Assembly: GCA_964016885.1 (NCBI GenBank)
Contig: OZ024748.1
Coordinates: 23,126,001-23,190,000, forward strand
Source of the DNA: Eledone cirrhosa
Lineage: Eukaryota
DNA: 64,000 nucleotides
Direction: 5' to 3'
In this document: positions 14,161-31,274 of the stretch, one piece after another
Position numbering within the stretch: the first letter of the stretch is position 1
How the letters are laid out: every line of letters begins with the position of its first letter
The notes under the pieces: model-generated
What the model was told of the DNA's origin: nothing
What the model saw: the letters and a program-made list of their open reading frames with translations, nothing else
The model's database searches: none
Program-made: the position numbers and the translations under genes

Positions 14161-15008
14161 AATCTCTGTTATTAACAGAAATTTCTTAAGTTTCATGTTA
14201 CTGATTTATATATAAAAATTATGGACCAATTTAATTTTTCAGTGTGTTTTGTAGAAATTCTGTTTTGGATAGAGTTGGAGGTGCTGTTTATGAACATATA
14301 TTGTTAATTCTAATGGAGTTAAGTTACTGTTCATATATGAAATACTAAATAGAAATAATTATTTGGCGAGGGAAAAATATATATCAGTCAATGGGAAATA
14401 TAATTTGTAATTCTTTGGCAAGTAACGGAAACAACATCAGACATGTTTCTGTTTTATAATAAATTCAATATTTTTCTCGCATCACAACTTTAGCAAGTAC
14501 AATGAAGGATATGCTTCGCTTATAGAAACCTAATACGATCGAAATATGTTCGTATATCGCCCATAGTTGCCGAAGTAAATGAAATTAATATCTATCCCTA
14601 TCTATTATCAATATCATTGTTATTTATTTTATTTATTTTATTATTATTATTGGTTGTCGGACTGAGAAGACGTGTTTTAGTGAGCTCCGCAAGGTAGTAG
14701 ATTGTCACGACTTTTCATTCAAATTGTTGTATAGTTTTTTTAAAAAGAGTCGTAAGACTTCTGTCTGTGCCCTGTGAAGGGGAAACTTTATAATATTTGG
14801 GTGTTTTGACCCAAATATTTGACCTTTTTTTGCCTTTTTAAGTGTGCCGTCTGAGGGTGGCGACTTGAAAGTTAAGAGGAAGAACACATGCACAATTAGG
14901 GACAAACAAAAATCAATTACAATTACAAGAACAACATGCAAAAAGAGGAAATTAGCAACACCACCACAAACAACAAGAACAACAACAGCAACTTCAACAC
15001 CAACGTAG

Positions 15009-18000
15009 TTAAAAACAACACCATCTGCACCAAGAACAACACCAACAACGACTGCAACAGTGACAACAACAACATCAACTGCACCAAGAACAACACCAAC
15101 AACAACTGCAACAGTGACAACAACAACACCAACTACACCAAGAACAACACCAACAACAACTGCAACAGTGACAACACCAACACCAACTACACCAAGAACA
15201 ACACCAACAACAACTGCAACAGTGACAACAACAACACCAACTACACCAAGAACAACACCAACAACAACTGCAACAGTGACAACAACAACATCAACTGTAC
15301 CAAGAACAACACCAACAACAACTGCAACAGTGACAACAACAACACCAACTACACCAAGAACAACACCAACAACAACTGCAACAGTGACAACAACAACACC
15401 AACTACACCAAGAACAACACCAACAACAACTGCAACAGTGACAACAACAACACCAACTACACCAAGAACAACACCAACAACAACTGCAACAGTGACAACA
15501 CCAACACCAACTACACCAAGAACAACACCAACAACAACTGCACCAAGAACAACACCAACAACAACTGCAACAATGACGACACCAACACCAACTACACCAA
15601 GAACAACACCAACAACAACTGCAACAGTGACAACACCAACACCAACTACACCAAGAACAACACCAACAACAACTGCAACAATGACAACACCAACACCAAC
15701 TACACCAAGAACAACACCAACAACAACTGCAACAGTGACAACAACAACACCAACTACACCAAGAACAACACCAACAACAACTGCAACAATGACAACACCA
15801 ACACCAACTACACCAAGAACAACACCAACAACAACTGCAACAGTGACAACAACAACATCAACTGTACCAAGAACAACACCAACAACAACTGCAACAGTGA
15901 CAACACCAACACCAACTACACCAAGAACAACACCAACAACAACTGCAACAGTGACAACACCAACACCAACTACACCAAGAACAACACCAACAACAACTGC
16001 AACAGTGACAACAACAACATCAACTACACCAAGAACAACACCAACAACAACTGCAACAGTGACAACACCAACACCAACTACACCAAGAACAACACCAACA
16101 ACAACTGCAACAGTGACAACACCAACACCAACTACACCAAGAACAACACCAACAACAACTGCAACAGTGACAACAACAACATCAACTACACCAAGAACAA
16201 CACCAACAACAACTGCAACAGTGACAACACCAACACCAACTACACCAAGAACAACACCAACAACAACTGCAACAGTGACAACACCAACACCAACTACACC
16301 AAGAACAACACCAACAACAACTGCAACAGTGACAACAACAACATCAACTACACCAAGAACAACACCAACAACAACTGCAACAGTGACAACACCAACACCA
16401 ACTACACCAAGAACAACACCAACAACAACTGCAACAGTGACAACAACAACATCAACTGTACCAAGAACAACACCAACAACAACTGCAACAGTGACAACAC
16501 CAACACCAACTACACCAAGAACAACACCAACAACAACTGCAACAGTGACAACAACAACATCAACTACACCAAGAACAACACCAACAACAACTGCAAAAGT
16601 GACAACACCAACACCAACTACACCAAGAACAACACCAACAACAACTGCAACAGTGGCAACAACAACACCAACTACACCAAGAACAACACCAACAACAACT
16701 GCAACAGTGACAACAACAACATCAACTACACCAAGAACAACACCAACAACAACTGCACCAAGAACAACACCAACACCAACTACACCAAGAACAACACCAA
16801 CAACAACTGCAACAGTGACAACAACAACACCAACTACACCAAGAACAACACCAACAACAACTGCAACAGTGACAACAACAACACCAACTACACCAAGAAC
16901 AACACCAACAACAACTGCAACAGTGACAACAACAACACCAACTACACCAAGAACAACACCAACAACAACTGCAACAGTGGCAACAACAACACCAACTACA
17001 CCAAGAACAACACCAACAACAACTGCAACAGTGACAACAACAACACCAACTACACCAAGAACAACACCAACAACAACTGCAACAGTGACAACAACAACAC
17101 CAACTACACCAAGAACAACACCAACAACAACTGCAACAGTGACAACAACAACACCAACTACACCAAGAACAACACCAACAACAACTGCAACAGTGACAAC
17201 AACAACACCAACTGCACCAAGAACAACACCAACAACAACTGCAACAGTGACAACAACAACATCAACTGTACCAAGAACAACACCAACAACAACTGCAACA
17301 GTGACAACAACAACACCAACTACACCAAGAACAACACCAACAACGACTGCAACAGTGACAACACCAACACCAACTGCACCAAGAACAACACCAACAACAA
17401 CTGCAACAGTGACAACAACAACATCAACTGTACCAAGAACAACACCAACAACAACTGCAACAGTGACAACAACAACACCAACTACACCAAGAACAACACC
17501 AACAACAACTGCAACAGTGACAACAACAACACCAACTGCACCAAGAACAACACCAACAACAACTGCAACAGTGACAACAACAACATCAACTGTACCAAGA
17601 ACAACACCAACAACAACTGCAACAGTGACAACAACAACACCAACTACACCAAGAACAACACCAACAACAACTGCAACAGTGACAACAACAACACCAACTG
17701 CACCAAGAACAACACCAACAACAACTGCAACAGTGACAACAACAACACCAACTGTACCAAGAACAACACCAACAACAACTGCAACAGTGACAACAACAAC
17801 ACCAACTACACCAAGAACAACACCAACAACAACTGCAACAGTGACAACAACAACATCAACTGTACCAAGAACAACACCAACAACAACTGCAACAGTGACA
17901 ACAACAACACCAACTACACCAAGAACAACACCAACAACAACTGCAACAGTGACAACAACAACACCAACTGCACCAAGAACAACACCAACAACAACTGCAA

Positions 18001-21000
18001 CAGTGACAACAATAACACCAACTACACCAAGAACAACGCCAACAACAACTGCAACAATGACAACAACAACATCAACTACACCAAGAACAACACCAACAAC
18101 AACTGTAACAGTGACAACACCAACAACAACTGCAACAAGAACAACACCAACAACAACTGCAACAGTGACGACACCAACACCAACTACACCAAGAACAACA
18201 CCAACAACAACTGCAACAGTGACAACAACAACACCAACTACACCAAGAACAACACCAACAACAACTGCAACAGTGGCAACAACAACACCAACTACACCAA
18301 GAACAACACCAACAACAACTGTAACAGTGGCAACAACAACACCAACTACACCAAGAACAACACCAACAACAACTGCAACAGTGACAACAACAACACCAAC
18401 TACACCAAGAACAACACCAACAACAACTGCAACAGTGACAACAACAACACCAACTGCACCAAGAACAACACCAACAACAACTGCAACAGTGACAACAATA
18501 ACACCAACTACACCAAGAACAACACCAACAACAACTGCAACAGTGACAACAATAACACCAACTACACCAAGAACAACACCAACAACAACTGCAACAGTGA
18601 CAACAACAACACCAACTACACCAAGAACAACACCAACAACAACTGCAACAGTGACAACAACAACACCAACTGCACCAAGAACAACACCAACAACAACTGC
18701 AACAGTGACAACAACAACACCAACTACACCAAGAACAACACCAACAACAACTGCAACAGTGACAACAACAACACCAACTACACCAAGAACAACAACAACA
18801 CCAACTACACCAAGAACAACACCAACACCAACTGCACCAAGAACAACACCAACAACGACTGCAACAATGACAACAACAACACCAACTACACCAAGAACAA
18901 CACCAACAACAACTGCAACAGTGACAACAACAACACCAACTACACCAAGAACAACACCAACAACAACTGCAACAGTGACAACAATAACACCAACTACACC
19001 AAGAACAACACCAACAACAACTGTAACAGTGACAACAATAACACCAACTACACCAAGAACAACACCAACAACAACTGCAACAGTGACAACACCAACACCA
19101 ACTACACCAAGAACAACACCAACAACAACTGCAACAGTGACAACAACAACACCAACTACACCAAGAACAACACCAACAACAACTGCAACAGTGACAACAA
19201 CAACACCAACTACACCAAGAACAACACCAACACCAACTACACCAAGAACAACACCAACACCAACTGCACCAAGAACAACACCAACAACGACTGCAACAGT
19301 GACAACACCAACAACAACTGCAACAAGAACAACACCAACAACAACTGCAACAGTGACAACAACAACACCAACTACACCAAGAACAACACCAACACCAACT
19401 ACACCAAGAACAACACCAACACCAACTGCACCAAGAACAACACCAACAACGACTGCAACAATGACAACAACAACACCAACTACACCAAGAACAACACCAA
19501 CAACAACTGCAACAGTGACAACAATAACACCAACTACACCAAGAACAACACCAACAACAACTGTAACAGTGACAACAATAACACCAACTACACCAAGAAC
19601 AACACCAACAACAACTGCAACAGTGACAACACCAACACCAACTACACCAAGAACAACACCAACAACAACTGCAACAGTGACAACAACAACACCAACTACA
19701 CCAAGAACAACACCAACAACAACTGCAACAGTGACAACAACAACACCAACTACACCAAGAACAACACCAACACCAACTACACCAAGAACAACACCAACAC
19801 CAACTGCACCAAGAACAACACCAACAACGACTGCAACAGTGACAACACCAACAACAACTGCAACAAGAACAACACCAACAACAACTGCAACAGTGACGAC
19901 ACCAACACCAACTACACCAAGAACAACACCAACAACAACTGCAACAGTGACAACAACAACACCAACTACACCAAGAACAACACCAACACCAACTACACCA
20001 AGAACAACACCAACACCAACTGCACCAAGAACAACACCAACAACAACTGCAACAGTGACAACAACAACACCAACTACACCAAGAACAACACCAACACCAA
20101 CTGCACCAAGAACAACAACAACACCAACTGCACCAAGAACAACACCAACAACGACTGCAACAATGACAACAACAACACCAACTACACCAAGAACAACACC
20201 AACAACAACTGCAACAGTGACAACAATAACACCAACTACACCAAGAACAACACCAACAACAACTGCACCAAGAACAACACCAACAACGACTGCAACAATG
20301 ACAACAACAACACCAACTACACCAAGAACAACACCAACATCAACTGTACCAAGAACAACACCAACAACAACTGCAACAGTGACAACACCAACACCAACTG
20401 CACCAAGAACAACACCAACAACAACTGCAACAGTGACAACACCAACACCAACTACACCAAGAACAACACCAACAACAACTGCAACAGTGACAACAACAAC
20501 ACCAACTACACCAAGAACAACACCAACAACAACTGCAACAGTGACAACAACAACACCAACTACACCAAGAACAACACCAACAACAACTGCAACAGTGACA
20601 ACAACAACACCAACTACACCAAGAACAACACCAACAACAACTGTAACAGTGACAACAACAACACCAACTACACCAAGAACAACACCAACAACAACTGCAA
20701 CAATGACAACAACAACACCAACTACACCAAGAACAACACCAACAACAACTGCAACAGTGACAACAACAACACCAACTACACCAAGAACAACACCAACAAC
20801 AACTGCAACAATGACAACAACAACACCAACTACACCAAGAACAACACCAACAACAACTGCAACAGTGACAACAACAACACCAACTACACCAAGAACAACA
20901 CCAACAACAACTGCAACAATGACAACAACAACACCAACTACACCAAGAACAACACCAACAACAACTGCAACAGTGACAACAACAACACCAACTACACCAA

Positions 21001-24000
21001 GAACAACACCAACAACAACTGCAACAATGACAACAACAACACCAACTACACCAAGAACAACACCAACAACAACTGCAACAGTGACAACAACAACACCAAC
21101 TACACCAAGAACAACACCAACAACAACTGCAACAATGACAACAACAACACCAACTACACCAAGAACAACACCAACAACAACTGCAACAGTGGCAACAACA
21201 ACACCAACTACACCAAGAACAACACCAACAACAACTGCAACAATGACAACAACAACACCAACTACACCAAGAACAACACCAACAACAACTGCAACAGTGA
21301 CAACAACAACACCAACTACACCAAGAACAACACCAACAACGACTGCAACAATGACAACAACAACACCAACTACACCAAGAACAACACCAACAACAACTGC
21401 AACAATGACAACAACAACACCAACTACACCAAGAACAACACCAACAACAACTGCACCAAGAACAACACCAACAACGACTGCAACAATGACAACAACAACA
21501 CCAACTACACCAAGAACAACACCAACAACAACTGCAACAGTGACAACAACAACACCAACTACACCAAGAACAACACCAACAACGACTGCAACAGTGACAA
21601 CAACAACACCAACTACACCAAGAACAACACCAACAACAACTGCAACAATGACAACAACAACACCAACTACACCAAGAACAACACCAACAACAACTGCAAC
21701 AGTGACAACAACAACACCAACTACACCAAGAACAACGCCAACAACAACTGCAACAGTGACAACAACAACACCAACTACACCAAGAACAACAACAACAACA
21801 ACTGCAACAGTGGCAACAACAACACCAACTACACCAAGAACAACACCAACAACAACTGCAACAGTGACAACAATAACACCAACTACACCAAGAACAACAC
21901 CAACAACAACTGCAACAGTGACAACAACAACACCAACTGCACCAAGAACAACACCAACAACAACTGCAACAGTGACAACAACAACATCAACTGCACCAAG
22001 AACAACACCAACAACAACTGCAACAGTGACAACAACAACACCAACTACACCAAGAACAACACCAACAACAACTGCACCAAGAACAACACCAACAACAACT
22101 GCAACAGTGACAACAACAACATCAACTGCACCAAGAACAACACCAACAACAACTGCAACAGTGACAACAACAACACCAACTGCACCAAGAACAACACCAA
22201 CAACAACTGCAACAGTGACAACAACAACACCAACTGCACCAAGAACAACACCAACAACAACTGCAACAGTGACAACAACAACACCAACTACACCAAGAAC
22301 AACACCAACAACAACTGCAACAGTGACAACAACAACATCAACTGCACCAAGAACAACACCAACAACAACTGCAACAGTGACAACAACAACACCAACTGCA
22401 CCAAGAACAACACCAACAACAACTGCAACAGTGACAACAACAACACCAACTACACCAAGAACAACACCAACAACAACTGCAACAGTGACAACAACAACAT
22501 CAACTACACCAAGAACAACACCAACAACAACTGCAACAGTGACAACAACAACACCAACTGCACCAAGAACAACACCAACAACAACTGCAACAGTGACAAC
22601 AACAACACCATCTGCACCAAGAACAACACCAACAACAACTGCAACAGTGACAACACCAACAACAACTGCAACAAGAACAACACCAACAACAACTGCAACA
22701 GTGACAACAACAACACCAACTACACCAAGAACAACACCAACAACGACTGCAACAATGACAACACCAACACCAACTACACCAAGAACAACACCAACAACAA
22801 CTGCAACAGTGACAACAACAACACCAACTGCACCAAGAACAACACCAACAACAACTGCAACAGTGACAACAACAACACCAACTACACCAAGAACAACACC
22901 AACAACAACTGCAACAGTGGCAACAACAACACCAACTGCACCAAGAACAACACCAACAACAACTGCAACAGTGACAACAACAACACCAACTGCACCAAGA
23001 ACAACACCAACAACAACTGTAACAGTGACAACAACAACACCAACTGCACCAAGAACAACACCAACAACAACTGCAACAGTGACAACAACAACACCAACTG
23101 CACCAAGAACAACACCAACAACAACTGCAACAGTGACAACAACAACACCAACTACAACAAGAACAACACCAACAACAACTGCAACAGTGACAACAACAAC
23201 ACCAACTGCACCAAGAACAACACCAACAACAACTGCAACAGTGACAACAACAACACCAACTACACCAAGAACAACACCAACAACAACTGCAACAGTGACA
23301 ACAACAACAACAACTGCAACAAGAACAACACCAACAACAACTGTAACAGTGACAACAACAACACCAACTGCACCAAGAACAACACCAACAACAACTGCAA
23401 CAGTGACAACACCAACACCAACTGCACCAAGAACAACACCAACAACAACTGCAACAGTGACAACACCAACACCAACTGCACCAAGAACAACACCAACAAC
23501 AACTGCAACAGTGACAACACCAACACCAACTACACCAAGAACAACACCAACAACAACTGCAACAGTGACAACAACAACACCAACTGCACCAAGAACAACA
23601 CCAACAACAACTGCAACAGTGACAACACCAACACCAACTGCACCAAGAACAACACCAACAACAACTGCAACAGTGACAACAACAACACCAACTGCACCAA
23701 GAACAACACCAACAACAACTGCAACAGTGACAACACCAACACCAACTGCACCAAGAACAACACCAACAACAACTGCAACAGTGACAACACCAACACCAAC
23801 TGTACCAAGAACAACACCAACAACAACTGCAACAGTGACAACAACAACACCAACTACACCAAGAACAACACCAACAACAACTGCAACAGTGACAACAACA
23901 ACACCAACTGCACCAAGAACAACACCAACAACAACTGCAACAGTGACAACAACAACACCAACTGCACCAAGAACAACACCAACAACAACTGTAACAGTGA

Positions 24001-27000
24001 CAACAACAACACCAACTGCACCAAGAACAACACCAACAACAACTGCAACAGTGACAACAACAACACCAACTGCACCAAGAACAACACCAACAACAACTGC
24101 AACAGTGACAACAACAACACCAACTACAACAAGAACAACACCAACAACAACTGCAACAGTGACAACAACAACACCAACTGCACCAAGAACAACACCAACA
24201 ACAACTGTAACAGTGACAACAACAACACCAACTGCACCAAGAACAACACCAACAACAACTGCAACAGTGACAACAACAACACCAACTACAACAAGAACAA
24301 CACCAACAACAACTGCAACAGTGACAACAACAACACCAACTGCACCAAGAACAACACCAACAACAACTGCAACAGTGACAACAACAACACCAACTACAAC
24401 AAGAACAACACCAACAACAACTGTAACAGTGACAACAACAACACCAACTGCACCAAGAACAACACCAACAACAACTGCAACAGTGACAACAACAACACCA
24501 ACTGCACCAAGAACAACACCAACAACAACTGCAACAGTGACAACAACAACACCAACTGCACCAAGAATAACACCAACAACAACTGCAACAGTGACAACAC
24601 CAACACCAACTACAACAAGAACAACACCAACAACAACTGCAACAGTGACAACAACAACACCAACTGCACCAAGAACAACACCAACAACAACTGTAACAGT
24701 GACAACAACAACATCAACTGCACCAAGAACAACACCAACAACAACTGCAACAGTGACAACAACAACACCAACTACAACAAGAACAACACCAACAACAACT
24801 GTAACAGTGACAACAACAACACCAACTGCACCAAGAACAACACCAACAACAACTGCAACAGTGACAACAACAACACCAACTGCACCAAGAACAACACCAA
24901 CAACAACTGCAACAGTGACAACAACAACACCAACTACAACAAGAACAACACCAACAACAACTGCAACAGTGACAACAACAACACCAACTGCACCAAGAAC
25001 AACACCAACAACAACTGCAACAGTGACAACAACAACACCAACTGCACCAAGAACAACACCAACAACAACTGCAACAGTGACAACAACAACACCAACTGCA
25101 CCAAGAACAACACCAACAACAACTGCAACAGTGACAACAACAACACCAACTACACCAAGAACAACACCAACAACAACTGTAACAGTGACAACAACAACAC
25201 CAACTGCACCAAGAACAACACCAACAACAACTGCAACAGTGACAACAACAACACCAACTGCACCAAGAACAACACCAACAACAACTGCAACAGTGACAAC
25301 AACAACACCAACTGCACCAAGAACAACACCAACAACAACTGCAACAGTGACAACAACAACACCAACTACACCAAGAACAACACCAACAACAACTGCAACA
25401 GTGACAACAACAACACCAACTGCACCAAGAACAACACCAACAACAACTGCAACAGTGACAACAACAACACCAACTGCACCAAGAACAACACCAACAACAA
25501 CTGTAACAGTGACAACAACAACATCAACTACACCAAGAACAACACCAACAACAACTGCAACAGTGACAACAACAACACCAACTACACCAAGAACAACACC
25601 AACAACAACTGCAACAGTGACAACAACAACACCAACTGCACCAAGAACAACACCAACAACAACTGCAACAGTGACAACAACAACACCAACTGCACCAAGA
25701 ACAACACCAACAACAACTGCAACAGTGACAACAACAACACCAACTGCACCAAGAACAACACCAACAACAACTGCAACAGTGACAACAACAACACCAACTG
25801 CACCAAGAACAACACCAACAACAACTGCAACAGTGACAACACCAACACCAACTACACCAAGAACAACACCAACAACAACTGCAACAAGAACAACACCAAC
25901 AACAACTGTAACAGTGACAACAACAACACCAACTGCACCAAGAACAACACCAACAACAACTGCAACAGTGACAACAACAACACCAACTACACCAAGAACA
26001 ACACCAACAACAACTGCAACAGTGACAACACCAACACCAACTGCACCAAGAACAACACCAACAACAACTGCAACAGTGACAACACCAACACCAACTACAC
26101 CAAGAACAACAACAACAACAGCTGCAACAGTGACAACACCAACACCAACTACAACAAGAACAACACCAACAACAACTGCAACAGTGACAACAACAACACC
26201 AACTACAACAAGAACAACACCAACAACAACTGCAACAGTGACAACAACAACACCAACTACACCAAGAACAACACCAACAACAACTGCAACAGTGACAACA
26301 ACAACACCAACTGCACCAAGAACAACACCAAGAACAACTGCAACAGTGACAACACCAACACCAACTGCACCAAGAACAACACCAACAACAACTGCAACAG
26401 TGACAACAACAACACCAACTACACCAAGAACAACACCAAGAACAACTGCAACAGTGACAACACCAACACCAACTGCACCAAGAACAACACCAACAACAAC
26501 TGCAACAGTGACAACACCAACACCAACTGCACCAAGAACAACACCAAGAACAACTGCAACAGTGACAACACCAACACCAACTGCACCAAGAACAACACCA
26601 ACAACAACTGCAACAGTGACAACAACAACACCAACTGCACCAAGAACAACACCAAGAACAACTGCAACAGTGACAACACCAACACCAACTGCACCAAGAA
26701 CAACACCAACAACAACTGCAACAGTGACAACAACAACACCAACTACACCAAGAACAACACCAACAACAACTGCAACAGTGACAACAACAACACCAACTGC
26801 ACCAAGAACAACACCAAGAACAACTGCAACAGTGACAACACCAACACCAACTGCACCAAGAACAACACCAACAACAACTGCAACAGTGACAACAACAACA
26901 TCAACTGCACCAAGAACAACACCAACAACAACTGCAACAGTGACAACACCAACACCAACTACACCAAGAACAACACCAACAACAACTGCAACAGTGACAA

Positions 27001-30000
27001 CAACAACACCAACTACACCAAGAACAACACCAACAACAACTGCAACAGTGACAACACCAACACCAACTACACCAAGAACAACACCAACAACAACTGCAAC
27101 AGTGACAACACCAACACCAACTGCACCAAGAACAACACCAACAACGACTGCAACAATGACAACAACAACACCAACTACACCAAGAACAACACCAACAACA
27201 ACTGCAACAGTGACAACACCAACACCAACTACACCAAGAACAACACCAACAACAACTGCAACAGTGACAACAACAACACCAACTACACCAAGAACAACAC
27301 CAACAACAACTGCAACAGTGACAACAACAACACCAACTACACCAAGAACAACACCAACAACAACTGCAACAGTGACAACAACAACACCAACTACACCAAG
27401 AACAACACCAACAACAACTGCAACAGTGACAACAACAACATCAACTACACCAAGAACAACACCAACAACAACTGCAACAGTGACAACACCAACACCAACT
27501 ACACCAAGAACAACACCAACAACAACTGCAACAGTGACAACAACAACACCAACTACACCAAGAACAACACCAACAACAACTGCAACAGTGACAACAACAA
27601 CACCAACTACACCAAGAACAACACCAACAACAACTGCAACAGTGACAACAACAACACCAACTACACCAAGAACAACACCAACAACAACTGCAACAGTGAC
27701 AACAACAACATCAACTACACCAAGAACAACACCAACAACAACTGCAACAGTGACAACAACAACACCAACTACACCAAGAACAACACCAACAACAACTGCA
27801 ACAGTGACAACACCAACACCAACTACACCAAGAACAACACCAACAACAACTGCAACAGTGACAACAACAACACCAACTACACCAAGAACAACACCAACAA
27901 CAACTGCAACAGTGACAACAACAACACCAACTACACCAAGAACAACACCAACAACAACTGCAACAGTGACAACAACAACATCAACTACACCAAGAACAAC
28001 ACCAACAACAACTGCAACAGTGACAACAACAACACCAACTACACCAAGAACAACACCAACAACAACTGCAACAGTGACAACACCAACACCAACTACACCA
28101 AGAACAACACCAACAACAACTGCAACAGTGACAACAACAACACCAACTACACCAAGAACAACACCAACAACAACTGCAACAGTGACAACAACAACACCAA
28201 CTACACCAAGAACAACACCAACAACAGCTGCAACAGTGACAACACCAAGAACAACACCAACAACAACTGCAACAGTGACAACAACAACACCAACTACACC
28301 AAGAACAACACCAACAACAACTGCAACAGTGGCAACAACAACACCAACTGCACCAAGAACAACACCAACAACAACTGCAACAGTGACAACAACAACACCA
28401 ACTACACCAAGAACAACACCAACAACAACTGCAACAGTGGCAACAACAACACCAACTGCACCAAGAACAACACCAACAACAACTGCAACAGTGACAACAA
28501 CAACACCAACTACACCAAGAACAACACCAACAACAACTGCAACAGTGGCAACAACAACACCAACTGCACCAAGAACAACACCAACAACAACTGCAACAGT
28601 GACAACACCAACACCAACTACACCAAGAACAACACCAACAACAACTGCAACAGTGACAACACCAACACCAACTACACCAAGAACAACACCAACAACAACT
28701 GCAACAGTGACAACAACAACATCAACTACACCAAGAACAACACCAACAACAACTGCAACAGTGACAACACCAACACCAACTACACCAAGAACAACACCAA
28801 CAACAACTGCAACAGTGACAACAACAACACCAACTACACCAAGAACAACACCAACAACAGCTGCAACAGTGACAACACCAAGAACAACACCAACAACAAC
28901 TGCAACAGTGACAACAACAACACCAACTACACCAAGAACAACACCAACAACAACTGCAACAGTGGCAACAACAACACCAACTGCACCAAGAACAACACCA
29001 ACAACAACTGCAACAGTGACAACACCAACACCAACTGCACCAAGAACAACACCAACAACAACTGCAACAGTGACAACACCAACACCAACTGCACCAAGAA
29101 CAACACCAACAACAACTGCAACAGTGACAACAACAACACCAACTACACCAAGAACAACACCAACAACAACTGCAACAGTGACAACAACAACACCAACTGC
29201 ACCAAGAACAACACCAACAACAACTGCAACAGTGACAACACCAACACCAACTGCACCAAGAACAACACCAACAACAACTGCAACAGTGACAACAACAACA
29301 CCAACTACACCAAGAACAACACCAACAACAACTGCAACAGTGACAACAACAACACCAACTACACCAAGAACAACACCAACAACAACTGCAACAGTGACAA
29401 CAACAACACCAACTGCACCAAGAACAACACCAACAACAACTGCAACAGTGACAACACCAACACCAACTGCACCAAGAACAACACCAACAACAACTGCAAC
29501 AGTGACAACAACAACACCAACTACACCAAGAACAACACCAACAACAACTGCAACAGTGACAACAACAACACCAACTACACCAAGAACAACACCAACAACA
29601 ACTGCAACAGTGACAACAACAACACCAACTGCACCAAGAACAACACCAACAACAACTGCAACAGTGACAACACCAACACCAACTGCACCAAGAACAACAC
29701 CAACAACAACTGCAACAGTGACAACAACAACACCAACTGCACCAAGAACAACACCAACAACAACTGCAACAGTGACAACACCAACACCAACTGCACCAAG
29801 AACAACACCAACAACAACTGCAACAGTGACAACAACAACACCAACTACACCAAGAACAACACCAACAACAACTGCAACAGTGACAACAACAACACCAACT
29901 GCACCAAGAACAACACCAACAACAACTGCAACAGTGACAACACCAACACCAACTGCACCAAGAACAACACCAACAACAACTGCAACAGTGACAACAACAA

Positions 30001-31274
30001 CACCAACTGCACCAAGAACAACACCAACAACAACTGCAACAGTGACAACACCAACACCAACTGCACCAAGAACAACACCAACAACAACTGCAACAGTGAC
30101 AACAACAACACCAACTACACCAAGAACAACACCAACAACAACTGCAACAGTGACAACAACAACACCAACTACACCAAGAACAACACCAACAACAACTGCA
30201 ACAGTGACAACAACAACACCAACTGCACCAAGAACAACACCAACAACAACTGCAACAGTGACAACACCAACACCAACTACACCAAGAACAACACCAACAA
30301 CAACTGCAACAAGAACAACACCAACAACAACTGTAACAGTGACAACAACAACACCAACTACACCAAGAACAACACCAACAACAACTGCAACAGTGACAAC
30401 AACAACACCAACTACACCAAGAACAACACCAACAACAACTGCAACAGTGACAACAACAACACCAACTACACCAAGAACAACACCAACAACAACTGCAACA
30501 GTGACAACAACAACACCAACTACACCAAGAACAACACCAACAACAACTGCAACAGTGACAACAACAACACCAACTACACCAAGAACAACACCAACAACAA
30601 CTGCAACAGTGACAACAACAACACCAACTACACCAAGAACAACACCAACAACAACTGCAACAGTGACAACAACAACACCAACTACACCAAGAACAACACC
30701 AACAACAACTGCAACAGTGACAACAACAACACCAACTACACCAAGAACAACACCAACAACAACTGCAACAGTGACAACAACAACACCAACTACACCAAGA
30801 ACAACACCAACAACAACTGCAACAGTGACAACAACAACACCAACTACACCAAGAACAACACCAACAACAACTGCAACAGTGACAACACCAACACCAACTA
30901 CACCAAGAACAACACCAACAACAACTGCAACAGTGACAACAACAACACCAACTGCACCAAGAACAACACCAACAACGACTGCAACAATGACAACAACAAC
31001 ACCAACTACACCAAGAACAACACCAACAACAACTGCAACAGTGACAACAACAACACCAACTACACCAAGAACAACACCAACAACAACTGCAACAGTGACA
31101 ACACCAACACCAACTACACCAAGAACAACACCAACAACAATAGCAACAGTGACAACAACAACACCAACTACACCAAGAACAACACCAACAACAATAGCAA
31201 CTGTGAAAACAGCAACAACAACTGCACATTCGCAGCTGCGGCTGCAAAAACAGGAACATTTTACCAACTGGTAA
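15009..31274 (+). CDS. Giant mucin-like Pro/Thr (PTS) repeat domain, ~5,400 aa, 18-aa unit [18 protein letters not shown] (exon or pseudo-exon)
   Basis: Frame open for >16 kb. Variants are mostly first-position exchanges among NCA codons (T/P/A/S), and all indels are multiples of 3, typical of O-glycosylated mucin domains. No signal peptide or flanking mucin domains found; in-frame TAG at 15006-15008. Confidence 0.6.
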   Translation, partial: LKTTPSAPRTTPTTTATVTTTTSTAPRTTPTTTATVTTTTPTTPRTTPTTTATVTTPTPTTPRTTPTTTATVTTTTPTTPRTTPTTTATVTTTTSTVPRTTPTTTATVTTTTPTTPRTTPTTTATVTTTTPTTPRTTPTTTATVTTTTPTTPRTTPTTTATVTTPTPTTPRTTPTTTAPRTTPTTTATMTTPTPTTPRTTPTTTATVTTPTPTTPRTTPTTTATMTTPTPTTPRTTPTTTATVTTTTPTTPRTTPTTTATMTTPTPTTPRTTPTTTATVTTTTSTVPRTTPTTTATVTTPTPTTPRTTPTTTATVTTPTPTTPRTTPTTTATVTTTTSTTPRTTPTTTATVTTPTPTTPRTTPTTTATVTTPTPTTPRTTPTTTATVTTTTSTTPRTTPTTTATVTTPTPTTPRTTPTTTATVTTPTPTTPRTTPTTTATVTTTTSTTPRTTPTTTATVTTPTPTTPRTTPTTTATVTTTTSTVPRTTPTTTATVTTPTPTTPRTTPTTTATVTTTTSTTPRTTPTTTAKVTTPTPTTPRTTPTTTATVATTTPTTPRTTPTTTATVTTTTSTTPRTTPTTTAPRTTPTPTTPRTTPTTTATVTTTTPTTPRTTPTTTATVTTTTPTTPRTTPTTTATVTTTTPTTPRTTPTTTATVATTTPTTPRTTPTTTATVTTTTPTTPRTTPTTTATVTTTTPTTPRTTPTTTATVTTTTPTTPRTTPTTTATVTTTTPTAPRTTPTTTATVTTTTSTVPRTTPTTTATVTTTTPTTPRTTPTTTATVTTPTPTAPRTTPTTTATVTTTTSTVPRTTPTTTATVTTTTPTTPRTTPTTTATVTTTTPTAPRTTPTTTATVTTTTSTVPRTTPTTTATVTTTTPTTPRTTPTTTATVTTTTPTAPRTTPTTTATVTTTTPTVPRTTPTTTATVTTTTPTTPRTTPTTTATVTTTTSTVPRTTPTTTATVTTTTPTTPRTTPTTTATVTTTTPTAPRTTPTTTATVTTITPTTPRTTPTTTATMTTTTSTTPRTTPTTTVTVTTPTTTATRTTPTTTATVTTPTPTTPRTTPTTTATVTTTTPTTPRTTPTTTATVATTTPTTPRTTPTTTVTVATTTPTTPRTTPTTTATVTTTTPTTPRTTPTTTATVTTTTPTAPRTTPTTTATVTTITPTTPRTTPTTTATVTTITPTTPRTTPTTTATVTTTTPTTPRTTPTTTATVTTTTPTAPRTTPTTTATVTTTTPTTPRTTPTTTATVTTTTPTTPRTTTTPTTPRTTPTPTAPRTTPTTTATMTTTTPTTPRTTPTTTATVTTTTPTTPRTTPTTTATVTTITPTTPRTTPTTTVTVTTITPTTPRTTPTTTATVTTPTPTTPRTTPTTTATVTTTTPTTPRTTPTTTATVTTTTPTTPRTTPTPTTPRTTPTPTAPRTTPTTTATVTTPTTTATRTTPTTTATVTTTTPTTPRTTPTPTTPRTTPTPTAPRTTPTTTATMTTTTPTTPRTTPTTTATVTTITPTTPRTTPTTTVTVTTITPTTPRTTPTTTATVTTPTPTTPRTTPTTTATVTTTTPTTPRTTPTTTATVTTTTPTTPRTTPTPTTPRTTPTPTAPRTTPTTTATVTTPTTTATRTTPTTTATVTTPTPTTPRTTPTTTATVTTTTPTTPRTTPTPTTPRTTPTPTAPRTTPTTTATVTTTTPTTPRTTPTPTAPRTTTTPTAPRTTPTTTATMTTTTPTTPRTTPTTTATVTTITPTTPRTTPTTTAPRTTPTTTATMTTTTPTTPRTTPTSTVPRTTPTTTATVTTPTPTAPRTTPTTTATVTTPTPTTPRTTPTTTATVTTTTPTTPRTTPTTTATVTTTTPTTPRTTPTTTATVTTTTPTTPRTTPTTTVTVTTTTPTTPRTTPTTTATMTTTTPTTPRTTPTTTATVTTTTPTTPRTTPTTTATMTTTTPTTPRTTPTTTATVTTTTPTTPRTTPTTTATMTTTTPTTPRTTPTTTATVTTTTPTTPRTTPTTTATMTTTTPTTPRTTPTTTATVTTTTPTTPRTTPTTTATMTTTTPTTPRTTPTTTATVATTTPTTPRTTPTTTATMTTTTPTTPRTTPTTTATVTTTTPTTPRTTPTTTATMTTTTPTTPRTTPTTTATMTTTTPTTPRTTPTTTAPRTTPTTTATMTTTTPTTPRTTPTTTATVTTTTPTTPRTTPTTTATVTTTTPTTPRTTPTTTATMTTTTPTTPRTTPTTTATVTTTTPTTPRTTPTTTATVTTTTPTTPRTTTTTTATVATTTPTTPRTTPTTTATVTTITPTTPRTTPTTTATVTTTTPTAPRTTPTTTATVTTTTSTAPRTTPTTTATVTTTTPTTPRTTPTTTAPRTTPTTTATVTTTTSTAPRTTPTTTATVTTTTPTAPRTTPTTTATVTTTTPTAPRTTPTTTATVTTTTPTTPRTTPTTTATVTTTTSTAPRTTPTTTATVTTTTPTAPRTTPTTTATVTTTTPTTPRTTPTTTATVTTTTSTTPRTTPTTTATVTTTTPTAPRTTPTTTATVTTTTPSAPRTTPTTTATVTTPTTTATRTTPTTTATVTTTTPTTPRTTPTTTATMTTPTPTTPRTTPTTTATVTTTTPTAPRTTPTTTATVTTTTPTTPRTTPTTTATVATTTPTAPRTTPTTTATVTTTTPTAPRTTPTTTVTVTTTTPTAPRTTPTTTATVTTTTPTAPRTTPTTTATVTTTTPTTTRTTPTTTATVTTTTPTAPRTTPTTTATVTTTTPTTPRTTPTTTATVTTTTTTATRTTPTTTVTVTTTTPTAPRTTPTTTATVTTPTPTAPRTTPTTTATVTTPTPTAPRTTPTTTATVTTPTPTTPRTTPTTTATVTTTTPTAPRTTPTTTATVTTPTPTAPRTTPTTTATVTTTTPTAPRTTPTTTATVTTPTPTAPRTTPTTTATVTTPTPTVPRTTPTTTATVTTTTPTTPRTTPTTTATVTTTTPTAPRTTPTTTATVTTTTPTAPRTTPTTTVTVTTTTPTAPRTTPTTTATVTTTTPTAPRTTPTTTATVTTTTPTTTRTTPTTTATVTTTTPTAPRTTPTTTVTVTTTTPTAPRTTPTTTATVTTTTPTTTRTTPTTTATVTTTTPTAPRTTPTTTATVTTTTPTTTRTTPTTTVTVTTTTPTAPRTTPTTTATVTTTTPTAPRTTPTTTATVTTTTPTAPRITPTTTATVTTPTPTTTRTTPTTTATVTTTTPTAPRTTPTTTVTVTTTTSTAPRTTPTTTATVTTTTPTTTRTTPTTTVTVTTTTPTAPRTTPTTTATVTTTTPTAPRTTPTTTATVTTTTPTTTRTTPTTTATVTTTTPTAPRTTPTTTATVTTTTPTAPRTTPTTTATVTTTTPTAPRTTPTTTATVTTTTPTTPRTTPTTTVTVTTTTPTAPRTTPTTTATVTTTTPTAPRTTPTTTATVTTTTPTAPRTTPTTTATVTTTTPTTPRTTPTTTATVTTTTPTAPRTTPTTTATVTTTTPTAPRTTPTTTVTVTTTTSTTPRTTPTTTATVTTTTPTTPRTTPTTTATVTTTTPTAPRTTPTTTATVTTTTPTAPRTTPTTTATVTTTTPTAPRTTPTTTATVTTTTPTAPRTTPTTTATVTTPTPTTPRTTPTTTATRTTPTTTVTVTTTTPTAPRTTPTTTATVTTTTPTTPRTTPTTTATVTTPTPTAPRTTPTTTATVTTPTPTTPRTTTTTAATVTTPTPTTTRTTPTTTATVTTTTPTTTRTTPTTTATVTTTTPTTPRTTPTTTATVTTTTPTAPRTTPRTTATVTTPTPTAPRTTPTTTATVTTTTPTTPRTTPRTTATVTTPTPTAPRTTPTTTATVTTPTPTAPRTTPRTTATVTTPTPTAPRTTPTTTATVTTTTPTAPRTTPRTTATVTTPTPTAPRTTPTTTATVTTTTPTTPRTTPTTTATVTTTTPTAPRTTPRTTATVTTPTPTAPRTTPTTTATVTTTTSTAPRTTPTTTATVTTPTPTTPRTTPTTTATVTTTTPTTPRTTPTTTATVTTPTPTTPRTTPTTTATVTTPTPTAPRTTPTTTATMTTTTPTTPRTTPTTTATVTTPTPTTPRTTPTTTATVTTTTPTTPRTTPTTTATVTTTTPTTPRTTPTTTATVTTTTPTTPRTTPTTTATVTTTTSTTPRTTPTTTATVTTPTPTTPRTTPTTTATVTTTTPTTPRTTPTTTATVTTTTPTTPRTTPTTTATVTTTTPTTPRTTPTTTATVTTTTSTTPRTTPTTTATVTTTTPTTPRTTPTTTATVTTPTPTTPRTTPTTTATVTTTTPTTPRTTPTTTATVTTTTPTTPRTTPTTTATVTTTTSTTPRTTPTTTATVTTTTPTTPRTTPTTTATVTTPTPTTPRTTPTTTATVTTTTPTTPRTTPTTTATVTTTTPTTPRTTPTTAATVTTPRTTPTTTATVTTTTPTTPRTTPTTTATVATTTPTAPRTTPTTTATVTTTTPTTPRTTPTTTATVATTTPTAPRTTPTTTATVTTTTPTTPRTTPTTTATVATTTPTAPRTTPTTTATVTTPTPTTPRTTPTTTATVTTPTPTTPRTTPTTTATVTTTTSTTPRTTPTTTATVTTPTPTTPRTTPTTTATVTTTTPTTPRTTPTTAATVTTPRTTPTTTATVTTTTPTTPRTTPTTTATVATTTPTAPRTTPTTTATVTTPTPTAPRTTPTTTATVTTPTPTAPRTTPTTTATVTTTTPTTPRTTPTTTATVTTTTPTAPRTTPTTTATVTTPTPTAPRTTPTTTATVTTTTPTTPRTTPTTTATVTTTTPTTPRTTPTTTATVTTTTPTAPRTTPTTTATVTTPTPTAPRTTPTTTATVTTTTPTTPRTTPTTTATVTTTTPTTPRTTPTTTATVTTTTPTAPRTTPTTTATVTTPTPTAPRTTPTTTATVTTTTPTAPRTTPTTTATVTTPTPTAPRTTPTTTATVTTTTPTTPRTTPTTTATVTTTTPTAPRTTPTTTATVTTPTPTAPRTTPTTTATVTTTTPTAPRTTPTTTATVTTPTPTAPRTTPTTTATVTTTTPTTPRTTPTTTATVTTTTPTTPRTTPTTTATVTTTTPTAPRTTPTTTATVTTPTPTTPRTTPTTTATRTTPTTTVTVTTTTPTTPRTTPTTTATVTTTTPTTPRTTPTTTATVTTTTPTTPRTTPTTTATVTTTTPTTPRTTPTTTATVTTTTPTTPRTTPTTTATVTTTTPTTPRTTPTTTATVTTTTPTTPRTTPTTTATVTTTTPTTPRTTPTTTATVTTTTPTTPRTTPTTTATVTTTTPTTPRTTPTTTATVTTPTPTTPRTTPTTTATVTTTTPTAPRTTPTTTATMTTTTPTTPRTTPTTTATVTTTTPTTPRTTPTTTATVTTPTPTTPRTTPTTIATVTTTTPTTPRTTPTTIATVKTATTTAHSQLRLQKQEHFTNW
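15020..31225 (+). repeat. 54-bp tandem array (~300 units)
   Basis: Consensus ACAACAACTGCAACAGTGACAACAACAACACCAACTACACCAAGAACAACACCA; 47 of 54 bases are A or C on the + strand. Confidence 0.98.

Noticed and set aside
28722-31259. Cys/Trp-rich 845-aa ORF (keratin-associated/metallothionein-like)
   Set aside because: Codon-aligned antisense of the Thr frame, broken wherever TCA occurs.
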